Sequence record: SRR31156797_2235
DNA: 51,399 bases
Direction: 5' to 3' (one strand)
Of this stretch, positions 36,918-46,334 are shown in pieces. The notes beneath the pieces were generated by a model, which saw only the letters and a program-made list of their open reading frames with translations, did not search any database and was not told where the DNA came from. Position 1 is the first letter of the stretch. Each line of letters opens with the position of its first letter. A program made the position numbers and the translations under genes.

Positions 36918-36977
36918 AAGGGTAGCGATAACTAAACCCCTACCCTAACAAAATGTTTACTAAGAAATTATTACAAC

Positions 36978-37241
36978 TTAAAGTGCAAATGTAATATTCT
37001 TTGCTTCAACGCTATTAATTTTATTCAACTCAAACTCAAGCTTATCCATGTCACTTTTATCGCCGGTTAACTCGAGTATGATCAATCCATGCGGAGCACA
37101 GCGATCATCAGTTGCTTCGTGCATCCCCAGGCGAGTTTTAATACTACATCCATATTTTGTAAGTACATCCTGAACTTGAGTGGCCACATGTTGACGCTCT
37201 TTAATTAAAATTCCCATTAATCTAATTTGATCATCTTTCAT
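36978..37241 (-). CDS. TM1266-like ACT/NikR-C fold protein (putative iron-only hydrogenase system regulator)
   Basis: GILIKER...VQDVLTKYGCSIKTRLGMHE...GLIILEL; located in a hydrogenase operon. Confidence 0.75.
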   Translation of the reverse strand: MKDDQIRLMGILIKERQHVATQVQDVLTKYGCSIKTRLGMHEATDDRCAPHGLIILELTGDKSDMDKLEFELNKINSVEAKNITFAL

Positions 37242-37262
37242 AAGGCTAGATTTTAGTTATTG

Positions 37263-38444
37263 TTAAATATATTTCATAGCTACTTCTTTCAGGAATTTCT
37301 CCTCAAGTAATCGAGCTATTCTTTTCACCACTGTTCTTCTAATCTCAAGCTCAACAGGTAAGGTTGGATCCTGGTGCGCAATATTTATTTTTGTCCCGAT
37401 TATAATACTAATCTCATCAGATTCTAAAAGCATTTTAGCAATACTATCTGCAGGCCCTTTGCCAAAAGAATAATTATTATCATAATCTTTTAAAATATTA
37501 TATGCTTTACTCAAAGTCAAAATCCCTTCAGTTATCAAATCCACTCCCTGCATATGGCTAACTGGAGGTAAATCAGGATCATGGAATTCAAACTCATCTT
37601 TAATCTCACGTCCTAACTCACGCCCAATAATCTCTGCAGTGGTTGCACCACAGATAATCTTTTTTCCTTCAAACTGATGTACACTTAATGCCAACTCTAT
37701 ATCACGACTCTTTTCGTAAGGAGGTCCGGTAGAAATTAATAGCTTACGTGGCTCTCTAAAGTAAACTGATCCACAGCTTGTATCGTCCTTTGACTCGTAA
37801 CCATCATTCATTACCGCCATATTAAGGACCTTCTGGGCCAACTTTCGTGCTGATATAAAAGCCGTCTTTTGGAGTGTCTTTTCAACAAAATCAGTAGCAT
37901 TATCTACACCCCAACCAAAAGGATACTTTGATGATCCTAACCCTGATTGAATAATTCCATCTGACCAAAATACAATACGATCTTCTTTATTCGGTCTAAA
38001 GCGTACTGCCCGTAATTCTTTTCCCTTATTCTTCTCACTTTCCATCACAATTTGCTCCCATCCCGGATCATAAACTTTATTGTTTCTCAGTATTATACAA
38101 TTAGGATTATCATATTCAAGGATGCTCACATCACCAGAATCCTCTACATCGATGATGGTAAAAGTGGAGTAACTAATTTTTCGAACACTACAAACAGGTA
38201 GGGTGTTCATTATTATTTCAGCAATAGTCTGATAGTCTTTATGTTCACGCGTAAAATTTACCGCCATAGTGGCTGTTAAAGTAGCCAGCATGTTGGCTTT
38301 CACGCCATGCCCCATCCCATCGGAAAGTACAACGATAGTTCTTTTTTCCTCACGTAATCGTTTAGAAATGAACACATCACCACATATACGCTCTCCCACA
38401 TGATTTCGCTGCTGACAGTTAACCTCTGTATAAAATGCGCTCAT
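37263..38444 (-). CDS. SpoIIE-type Ser/Thr phosphatase, HfsC-like
   Basis: CGDVF, LSDGMGHGVKAN, TLPVCSVR, SDG, DDTSC, CGATTA, TEGILTL. Confidence 0.88.
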   Translation of the reverse strand: MSAFYTEVNCQQRNHVGERICGDVFISKRLREEKRTIVVLSDGMGHGVKANMLATLTATMAVNFTREHKDYQTIAEIIMNTLPVCSVRKISYSTFTIIDVEDSGDVSILEYDNPNCIILRNNKVYDPGWEQIVMESEKNKGKELRAVRFRPNKEDRIVFWSDGIIQSGLGSSKYPFGWGVDNATDFVEKTLQKTAFISARKLAQKVLNMAVMNDGYESKDDTSCGSVYFREPRKLLISTGPPYEKSRDIELALSVHQFEGKKIICGATTAEIIGRELGREIKDEFEFHDPDLPPVSHMQGVDLITEGILTLSKAYNILKDYDNNYSFGKGPADSIAKMLLESDEISIIIGTKINIAHQDPTLPVELEIRRTVVKRIARLLEEKFLKEVAMKYI

Positions 38445-38447
38445 AAA

Positions 38448-40298
38448 CTATTGCTTTTTGCCTTTTTTATAAGTTTCAATAATTGAATTCAACATACGTT
38501 CTGTTTCTGAAGCACCTTCTCCAAGTAAAAATCCAATTTCCTGAACCATATTCAAATTACGCTCAATTACTTCAGTTACCCGACTAATAATCTCTTCACG
38601 TTGAACTGCAGGTACAAGCATATCACGGAACACAGCCCCTACAATTTTATTCTTTTTAATGGGGAATACTGAAATATTTAAAAGCTTATCATTCAAATGA
38701 ATATCCTTATTCTCTACTGTATTGTTATTCTCAAGCACATAACTAAAAAAGTTATTTACATATGGAGGCAATAATGACTCTATTGCTGCACCAACCAATC
38801 CAGGTACCACATCGCTTATTTCTTTGGCATCATCTCCCAATAAATTAATAAAAGCGTCATTAGAAAGTATAATTTTCAATTGATCATCTACGATGATTAT
38901 CCCTGCTTTCAATTTATTGAACATTTCATTGGCAGTAGTTGAAATCTCTTGTAATTTCTCCTTCTCCTGCTGAGCATTTGCTTCAGAATCTTTTAGAGCA
39001 TTCTTAGTATTAGCCAATTTTTCATTGGTTAATTTCAATTTTCGTATATACTCTTTTTTGTTGTCTAATGCATAAGTATGACACATATCCATTCTGGCAT
39101 AACCATTACAGACAGCAATAGCAAACTCACGACATGAATTGTATCCACATGCGCCACAACCACCCTTACTTTCAGTTCCATCTTTACCCAACTTTAATAA
39201 TACTTCCTGCACTTTTTCTTCTGGTGGTGGCGGTACTCTCATATCACGGTTTTCGAATTTTCGGCTAAAATCAAGTTTTTCGTACTTATCAATTGTAGCT
39301 TCCCATTCATTCTTATCCCAACTTTTCAGCCTTTTCTTAGTATAGTTAATAACCAGTGATCTGCGCAGGAACTTTTGACCTCCTTGTGAAGTTCCTGGAC
39401 CCATAATACAACTTCCATCACAATGGAAAAGATCTAAATGTTGCTTAAGCGCAGTAAACTCTTCAAACTCTCGTAAAGCATCAATTACATTGTCTTTGCC
39501 ATCGGTTGAGATGAGCCTGCCAGTCAATAAATTTTCATTAATATCAACAGCTTGAAACATTCCACGACTGATAGGGAATAATGAACCTTTGCCACCTATA
39601 GGCGGGTCAAAATCTGCGTATTCAGTATTATTTTCATTCAAGCCTGCCTCTTTAAACATTTGACGAATTTCTGTAAAAGTTAACACCACATCAATGCGAT
39701 TATCCCTATCAAATTTCATGGCCTCTTCTTTTGCTGCAATGCATGGTCCGATATATACTATTCGCACATCTTTCCCATACTTTTCACGAACCACTTTTGC
39801 TGTGGCTATCATTGGCGATACCAGCGGTGCCATATTATCTATCAAATTCGGATGATATTTCTCAACGTAGCTTACAACTGCCGGACAATTGGCTGTAATG
39901 AAATATTTTCCTTTAAAATCATCAAATAATTTGCGGTATTCTAATCCAACAAGGTCACTACCGAATGAAACTTCACATACACGCTTAAAACCAAGCGCCC
40001 TAATCATACCTACAAAACTGCGATAATTGGTAATATCGTTAAATTCTCCTGAAATACTGGGGGCACAGATCGCAATTACTTCTTCATTTGAATGCAAAAG
40101 CCCTTTTACTGATTTCTTTCCGTCTAAATATTCTATGGCATCATAAGGACAAACGCTTACACAATTTCCGCAAGAAATACATTTGTCCGGAATTATTTTC
40201 GCATGTCCATCTGTTACTTTAATAGCATCAGCCGGACACTCTTTGATACAGGCATAGCACAGTTTACACTTTTCTTTTATAGTCTTAACTATCTGCAT
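38448..40298 (-). CDS. Sensory [FeFe]-hydrogenase-like protein (HfsB/HydS type) with 2x[4Fe-4S], H-domain, FeS, coiled coil and PAS-like domains
   Basis: CKLCYACIKECP, CISCGNCVSVCP, TANCP, GPCIAAKEE, HCDGSCIMGPG, CGACGYNSC...C, QEIGFLLGE. Confidence 0.88.
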   Translation of the reverse strand: MQIVKTIKEKCKLCYACIKECPADAIKVTDGHAKIIPDKCISCGNCVSVCPYDAIEYLDGKKSVKGLLHSNEEVIAICAPSISGEFNDITNYRSFVGMIRALGFKRVCEVSFGSDLVGLEYRKLFDDFKGKYFITANCPAVVSYVEKYHPNLIDNMAPLVSPMIATAKVVREKYGKDVRIVYIGPCIAAKEEAMKFDRDNRIDVVLTFTEIRQMFKEAGLNENNTEYADFDPPIGGKGSLFPISRGMFQAVDINENLLTGRLISTDGKDNVIDALREFEEFTALKQHLDLFHCDGSCIMGPGTSQGGQKFLRRSLVINYTKKRLKSWDKNEWEATIDKYEKLDFSRKFENRDMRVPPPPEEKVQEVLLKLGKDGTESKGGCGACGYNSCREFAIAVCNGYARMDMCHTYALDNKKEYIRKLKLTNEKLANTKNALKDSEANAQQEKEKLQEISTTANEMFNKLKAGIIIVDDQLKIILSNDAFINLLGDDAKEISDVVPGLVGAAIESLLPPYVNNFFSYVLENNNTVENKDIHLNDKLLNISVFPIKKNKIVGAVFRDMLVPAVQREEIISRVTEVIERNLNMVQEIGFLLGEGASETERMLNSIIETYKKGKKQ

Positions 40299-40328
40299 AA
40301 TACACTCCTAATTGAATAAATAAAAATG

Positions 40329-40583
40329 CTAATAATACCCTTCGAACTCATCACTTAAAATATCAATTACATTTAAACTATCCACTTGCTCATAGATTCG
40401 TTTATCGATTCGAAGAATTGGGGCTTTTTCGCAGTGACCAAAACAATGACCACCATGGAAGAACACTTTCTCTTCCAATTTATGATCTTTGATGAATTTT
40501 TGAATCACCTGGAGGGTTTTCTTATTGCCACGTGCAAAACAAGAACTCCCTAAACATATAGTAATTTCTTTCTTTTCAGGCAT
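40329..40583 (-). CDS. Thioredoxin-like [2Fe-2S] ferredoxin (NuoE/HfsA-like)
   Basis: ICLGSSCFARGN...HCFGHCEKAP. Confidence 0.88.
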   Translation of the reverse strand: MPEKKEITICLGSSCFARGNKKTLQVIQKFIKDHKLEEKVFFHGGHCFGHCEKAPILRIDKRIYEQVDSLNVIDILSDEFEGYY

Positions 40584-40692
40584 GTTTTCAAATTTTAAAC
40601 CTTACTTTAAAGATGCAATTTTTTTCCTGTTAAAAAAATGATTTTTATCGCTTTATATTAAAACGATAAATCAATCTAGTTACTGCTAAAAA

Positions 40693-41322
40693 CTATTGAT
40701 GGAAAAATATTAAATCAGGAAGAATAATCTCTGCTTTATAGCTGAAGTAAGCTGAAATCCATTTGATAGACTTTTCAGAATAAAAACAAACGTGGGTAGA
40801 ATCGTTTTTATAATGCCAATTTGGAAAGTCAACATCATCTGTTACTAATTTTGTCATTATGGCAAGTACACCATCAGGATTTAACCTGCTAAATAAAAAT
40901 TCAAATTCACGCTGAGGGTCAAACATATGCTCTGCAACTTCGGTAGAGATTATGAAATCATACTTTTGATCCAACACTTCTTTTTGATTAAAGAAAAACG
41001 GATCAAAGTTCGACATCTTAAAGTTTCTGTTAGACAACAATTTAGATAAAACAGGATTAGGTCCACAACCATAATCAAGTCCTGATGCATTAGCTTTAAC
41101 TCTTATGCTTAATGGTTCAATTATCCTGGAAAGAAACCTTACATAGCCCTCATCAGCTTCATCATTCTCATGAAGCATGTATCTAAATTTCTCTTGTTCC
41201 TCAGTAAGTTTTTGGTGTGCAGGCACAAAAATCAAATCACAACCGGTACAACGGTAATAATCTCTCTTTTTATCACTGTGGAAATGAGTATGGTTGGTAT
41301 TTTCACAAAGAGGACAATGCAT
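40693..41322 (-). CDS. Class I SAM-dependent methyltransferase with N-terminal Zn ribbon
   Basis: CPLC...CTGC; LDYGCGP; EVAEH; WHYKNDSTHV. Confidence 0.9.
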   Translation of the reverse strand: MHCPLCENTNHTHFHSDKKRDYYRCTGCDLIFVPAHQKLTEEQEKFRYMLHENDEADEGYVRFLSRIIEPLSIRVKANASGLDYGCGPNPVLSKLLSNRNFKMSNFDPFFFNQKEVLDQKYDFIISTEVAEHMFDPQREFEFLFSRLNPDGVLAIMTKLVTDDVDFPNWHYKNDSTHVCFYSEKSIKWISAYFSYKAEIILPDLIFFHQ

Positions 41323-42048
41323 TTAATCTATCTTTTTAAACCAGCTTTTCACATCATCTCGTATAAACTTCAATCCAAACCCACTAATATCCTTAGACTT
41401 TTTATAGAGTTTTTTGTCAATTACCTCCACCAATACAAATAACTCAGCCATGGTAATAAACATATCTTTTAAATCAAATGTATAAAACGGTCTAATTGTG
41501 ATATAATCCAGTGATCCTCCATGAAAAATATTATCAATTACATTGGCAAAAGCCCCCACAAGGAAAAGATGAACAAAACCCTTATTCCAAAAACTCACCT
41601 CACGCTTGGTTAAATAGAAGCGCCAATATTCAAATAATACAAAAGCCAAGACTGAAACAAAAATTACATGAGGTACCTTTTTCACATCTTCTAAACCAAG
41701 TAATACCCATAAATATGATCCGGCAGTATTGTGAGATGGATCCATATAAAACACGGGTTCAATTAAGGGAATATTCATTGACTGCCAATGTAATCCAAAT
41801 AAATATATTTTGATTGCCTGGTCAGCACCAAGCAGTAAGATTATCCATAACCAACAAACTTTGCGATTTGGCCTATACCAATTTTCACTCATTGTAAGCA
41901 CTGCTCCAATCACACCCAAAACAACAGCCGGGACAGAAAAATAAAGTATGTATAATGACTTATCATCCACCCCATAAGCAATGGTGAAAATTAACATTGC
42001 AACTATCCAGGCACCTGCAAACAATCCAAAATTTCTTAAATATCGCAT
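41323..42048 (-). CDS. Divergent signal peptidase II (LspA-like) with extra N-terminal TM helices
   Basis: ADQAIK, HNTAGS, GAFANVID...GGSLDYI, FDLKD. Confidence 0.72.
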   Translation of the reverse strand: MRYLRNFGLFAGAWIVAMLIFTIAYGVDDKSLYILYFSVPAVVLGVIGAVLTMSENWYRPNRKVCWLWIILLLGADQAIKIYLFGLHWQSMNIPLIEPVFYMDPSHNTAGSYLWVLLGLEDVKKVPHVIFVSVLAFVLFEYWRFYLTKREVSFWNKGFVHLFLVGAFANVIDNIFHGGSLDYITIRPFYTFDLKDMFITMAELFVLVEVIDKKLYKKSKDISGFGLKFIRDDVKSWFKKID

Positions 42049-42299
42049 ATTGGTATTCTTTTATCCGCGTAAAACTACAAAAATTAACCAATTTCAATAG
42101 AAGTATATCTTAAAAATGATTAGTTGACATAAACCATTCACAAATGTATTATTAAGGTATTATGTATATACATCAAAATCAGCAGTATTATTTTTTCACT
42201 TAAAATTCTATTAAAAGAATTCATCTAAAAATACATTTAGAGCATAACTTTTTAATTAATTAGATGTTATATTTCTAAATTCATAAAAAAATAAAAACT

Positions 42300-43220
42300 A
42301 TGGAAAAATTTAATAAATATATTCTTGTACCAATAGATTTTGAACCAGCATCTTTAAAAGCATTGAAAAGTGCTATGTTATTTACTCAAAGGCAAGAAAC
42401 AACAATTATTCTGCTTAATGTTTTACAAACTCCCGGTTTTTTTAATGAAATATTTTCCTCAGGAGAAGAAATTGTAAAACTTACGAATCATATAAAAGAC
42501 AAGCTTAACAAACTTGCTGAAGAAACCAAAGAAAAGTACCCCGGCGTTGAGATTATTACACGCGTTGAAAGTGGAAAGGCCTATAAAAAAATTATTGAAG
42601 TTGCGGAAGAGCTTAAACCTCGCCTGATTATTATGGGTGAAAATCACGAAGGCGATAAAGCTACTCAAAAGCTTGGAACTAGCGTTTATCAAGTCACATT
42701 GCAATCTCCAGTTCCTGTTTTGACTATAAAAGGTGATTTTAAGGAAATAGGTAAAAAAATTATTGTGCCATTGGATCTCACTAAGGCAACAAGCAAACAG
42801 GTATTTAGTGCTATTGTTTATGGTTTGAGATATGGTGCAAAAGTATACCTGACATCAGCTCTGGTTGGTGGTATTTCTATTGAGCAAAGTCGAATAAATA
42901 AGAAAATCGAGAATGCTTTAATAACTTTAAAAGAAAACCATGTTGAATGCGATTATAAACTTTTTGAAAGAAGTGATGTACCTCCATATCAAAGAGTTTT
43001 GGAGTACTCTAAAGAGGTTGAAGCGGATCTAATTCTTATTATGACACATCAGGAAGGTTTTACTTACGATAATTATATTGGAGCTTTTGCCCACCATATT
43101 ATCAATGAATCGCAAATACCTGTAATGAGCCTGACTTCATCTGCAAGTGGCGAAACTTTCGCTAAACTTTTTACAACATTTGTTGATCCTGCAAATGTTT
43201 TATCTAACAAAAATTTATAA
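42300..43220 (+). CDS. Tandem-domain universal stress protein
   Basis: ILVPIDF...LIIMG...LGTSV...PVPVLTI; second domain IIVPLD...ADLILIMTH. Confidence 0.92.
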   Translation: MEKFNKYILVPIDFEPASLKALKSAMLFTQRQETTIILLNVLQTPGFFNEIFSSGEEIVKLTNHIKDKLNKLAEETKEKYPGVEIITRVESGKAYKKIIEVAEELKPRLIIMGENHEGDKATQKLGTSVYQVTLQSPVPVLTIKGDFKEIGKKIIVPLDLTKATSKQVFSAIVYGLRYGAKVYLTSALVGGISIEQSRINKKIENALITLKENHVECDYKLFERSDVPPYQRVLEYSKEVEADLILIMTHQEGFTYDNYIGAFAHHIINESQIPVMSLTSSASGETFAKLFTTFVDPANVLSNKNL

Positions 43221-43276
43221 TACGAATACGACACAATATTCAAATGCAAAATACTAATCTATTTTAAATGCAATAA

Positions 43277-45577
43277 ATGATTAAAACTCTAATCATACTA
43301 TTATTGTTATCATTCTCGCTATTGTTTTTTAAAGGTATTTTAAAAAAACAAATGGCAAACGTGATTGCAACATTTCAGATTGGATTATTTGCTTATATTT
43401 CATATTTATACTTTAGTGAAGGAACTATTCAGGAATCACATGACTGGATTAGTGCACTAAATTTATCATTTATCTTTAAACTTGATGGAGTCAGCTTAAT
43501 ATTTGCTCTGCTTATTACAGGGATTGGGGCACTTGTTTTTCTATATGCGCAGTATTATATGAAACAATACCAGCGCACCACATCATTCTATATTTACCTA
43601 ACATTGTTTAGTGGTGCTATGCTGGGTATTGTATTTAGCGGAAACTTAATACAAATGTTTGTTTTTTGGGAGCTTACAAGCGTTTTGTCTTTTCTGCTGA
43701 TCACGTTCTTTCATGAAAAAGAGCAAGCCCGTAAAGCTGCTTTTCAATCATTATTTATCACCATTCTAGGTGGATTAGCAATGCTTGGGGGCATTATATT
43801 AATTGGATCTGTGGTAGATAGCTACAGTTTTGATGTGTGGACCCAAAATGCTAACATTATTAAAGATTCAAATTTATATACGATTGGCCTTATTCTGATA
43901 TTTATTGGAATATTTACAAAATCAGCTCAGTTTCCATTTCATTTTTGGTTACCCGGTGCCATGCAAGCTCCTACTCCTGTAAGCTCATATTTGCACTCAG
44001 CCACTATGGTTAAAGCAGGATTCTTTTTATTGCTAAGGTTGCATCCTTCACTAGGAGGTACTTCTGAATGGTTTTATATACTTACAACCTTTGGTGCCAT
44101 CACCATGTTTGTGGGAGTTTACTTTGCCATATTAAGAACTGAAATAAAGTCTGTTTTAGCCTACACTACCATTAATGCACTTGGTATATTAACTTTATTA
44201 ATGGGTATAGATACTTTTCTATCTGTAAAAGCAGCCTTGCTGTTTTTAATAATACATGCCTTTTACAAAGCCACCCTGTTTATGGTTGCCGGAATTATTG
44301 ATAAATCTACTGGTACAAAATTGTTTTCAAACTTAGGAGGACTAAGAAAAGAATTACCTTTTTCATTTGCTTTTACTTTATTAGCTGCCCTTTCAATGGC
44401 CGGCCTCCCCCCTATGCTTGGTTTTCTGGGGAAAGAACTCATTTATGAAGCTAAAACCACAATACCGGAAGCTTCAGATTTGATTTTAATTATTGGTGTA
44501 ACCTCTAATATACTGCTAGTGGCAGTATCAATACTGTTTACGTACAAGATTTTCATGAAAAAACCAGAAAAAACAATAGTTTTAAAAAAGAAACCAGGCT
44601 TAAAAGCATTAGCAGGTCCCGGTATTTTAGTCACTTTGAGCTTGATATTTGGACTATTTCCTCAATTATTGGGTGGCACCATTATAAATAATGCATTAAA
44701 TAGCGTATTTGATAGCTACGTACCTGTAAAACTTAAACTATGGCATGGATTTAACGAAGTATTCTTTTTAAGTCTATTTACAGTTGTAATAGGGACTATC
44801 GTTTCAATTCTTATTATTAAATACTCAAAAATAACCTATTATTGGAATGAATTTAATAAGCGAATTCTGCTTTTTCGGTTCACAGATGTGTTTGTAAAAT
44901 CAATTGATAGCTTTGTAAATATCTCTCGCAAAAAAGATAAAATTGTACAGCATGGATATCATAGATATTACCTTTTAACTATTTTCCTACTGACGAGTGT
45001 CCTTTTATGGTCGCAGTTTTTCGAGACTAATTCTTGGATTTTCAATATTGATAATGATAAAAACTCATTTTATATTCTTATTGTCATAGTGATTACCATT
45101 CTGGCATCCATATTGGCTATGTTCTCGAATAAAAGGCTAGCAACCATTGCCATACTTGGTGTTTCGGGATATGGTATTGCCTTAATTTACCTGTATTACA
45201 GTGCTGTAGATTTGGCCATTACTCAAATTTTGGTTGAAACTGTTGTTGTGGTGCTGTTTGTAATAGTGCTCCAAAAACTTCCTCGATTTGCAAAATTAAG
45301 TAGCTGGAAAGTAAAAGTAAGAGACCTTGCTATTGCACTAACTTTCGGTACTGTTATGGGACTGTTGGCGCTTAAAGCAACTGAAGTTAATTTCGACAGT
45401 TCACTATATGATTTTTACTCCCAGAATAGTTATTTACAAGGTTTTGGGAAAAATGTAGTAAATGTAATTCTGGTCGATTTTCGTGGACTAGATACTTTCG
45501 GTGAAGTAATCGTATTAGCTATTGCAGCGCTTGGAGTATCTGTACTTTTGAGTAAAAATAAAAAGAAAAAGGTATGA
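43277..45577 (+). CDS. mrpA: Mrp Na+/H+ antiporter subunit A
   Basis: FWELTS, TKSAQFPFHFWLPGAMQAPTPVSSYLHSATMVKAG, NVVNVILVDFRGLDT. Confidence 0.95.
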   Translation: MIKTLIILLLLSFSLLFFKGILKKQMANVIATFQIGLFAYISYLYFSEGTIQESHDWISALNLSFIFKLDGVSLIFALLITGIGALVFLYAQYYMKQYQRTTSFYIYLTLFSGAMLGIVFSGNLIQMFVFWELTSVLSFLLITFFHEKEQARKAAFQSLFITILGGLAMLGGIILIGSVVDSYSFDVWTQNANIIKDSNLYTIGLILIFIGIFTKSAQFPFHFWLPGAMQAPTPVSSYLHSATMVKAGFFLLLRLHPSLGGTSEWFYILTTFGAITMFVGVYFAILRTEIKSVLAYTTINALGILTLLMGIDTFLSVKAALLFLIIHAFYKATLFMVAGIIDKSTGTKLFSNLGGLRKELPFSFAFTLLAALSMAGLPPMLGFLGKELIYEAKTTIPEASDLILIIGVTSNILLVAVSILFTYKIFMKKPEKTIVLKKKPGLKALAGPGILVTLSLIFGLFPQLLGGTIINNALNSVFDSYVPVKLKLWHGFNEVFFLSLFTVVIGTIVSILIIKYSKITYYWNEFNKRILLFRFTDVFVKSIDSFVNISRKKDKIVQHGYHRYYLLTIFLLTSVLLWSQFFETNSWIFNIDNDKNSFYILIVIVITILASILAMFSNKRLATIAILGVSGYGIALIYLYYSAVDLAITQILVETVVVVLFVIVLQKLPRFAKLSSWKVKVRDLAIALTFGTVMGLLALKATEVNFDSSLYDFYSQNSYLQGFGKNVVNVILVDFRGLDTFGEVIVLAIAALGVSVLLSKNKKKKV

Positions 45578-45984
45578 ACCTAAATATACTACAATACGCC
45601 GAAAAACCAATCAGGTGGCTATTAATCATCATATCGATTGTAGCCTTGCTGCGTGGACATAATTATCCGGGTGGTGGCTTTATTGGTGGTCTTTTGGCCG
45701 GATTGGCCATTGTATTCCAGAGTTTGGCCTATGATGTAGAAACCGTCCGAAAAAAAATGAAGCTTTCTCCACAAAGTTTTATCGGAATAGGACTGGCCAT
45801 AGCAGCAATTAGCCTTTTACCATCAATTATTGGAGGTGCAGAACTGATGCAAGCCTATTGGGTTAAATTGCAAATAACAGAAAGTTATGTGCTTAAGTTA
45901 GGCACTCCGTTAATATTTGATATTGGTATTTTCTTTTCGGTTATCGGAATTGTATTAATGTTCATTTTTAATCTGAGTAAATAA
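45574..45984 (+). CDS. mrpB: Mrp antiporter subunit B
   Basis: RGHNYPGGGFIGG, FDIGI. Confidence 0.93.
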   Translation: MNLNILQYAEKPIRWLLIIISIVALLRGHNYPGGGFIGGLLAGLAIVFQSLAYDVETVRKKMKLSPQSFIGIGLAIAAISLLPSIIGGAELMQAYWVKLQITESYVLKLGTPLIFDIGIFFSVIGIVLMFIFNLSK

Positions 45985-45986
45985 TT

Positions 45987-46334
45987 ATGGAAATATTACT
46001 GGCCATATTGATCGGATCGCTATATACAGCAGGGGTTTACATGCTTTTAAGAAGAAGTATCCTGAAGTTCATTATCGGCATTATTTTCATCAGCAATGCT
46101 ACAAATTTGCTGGTTTTTATGTCCTCAGGACTGGTAAAAGGAAACCCACCTTTTGTAGCACCCGATGGTACACCTTTGGAACAAACTGCTGATCCACTCA
46201 ATCAGGCATTGGTTTTAACTGCCATAGTAATAGGGCTTGGAGTTGTAGCTTACACACTCGCATTAAAATATAAATTTTTCGAACTTACAAAAACTGATGA
46301 TTTGGACGAACTGAAACAAACTGAAGAAGTATGA
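45987..46334 (+). CDS. mrpC: Mrp antiporter subunit C
   Basis: ADPLNQALVLTAIVIG. Confidence 0.93.
   Translation: MEILLAILIGSLYTAGVYMLLRRSILKFIIGIIFISNATNLLVFMSSGLVKGNPPFVAPDGTPLEQTADPLNQALVLTAIVIGLGVVAYTLALKYKFFELTKTDDLDELKQTEEV

Noticed and set aside
36854-36977. Na+/Li+ riboswitch upstream of nhaA
   Set aside because: The predicted leader is short and AT-rich; the AGGGTAG...CTACCCT hairpin lies upstream of the promoter and better fits a weak terminator of the hydrogenase operon
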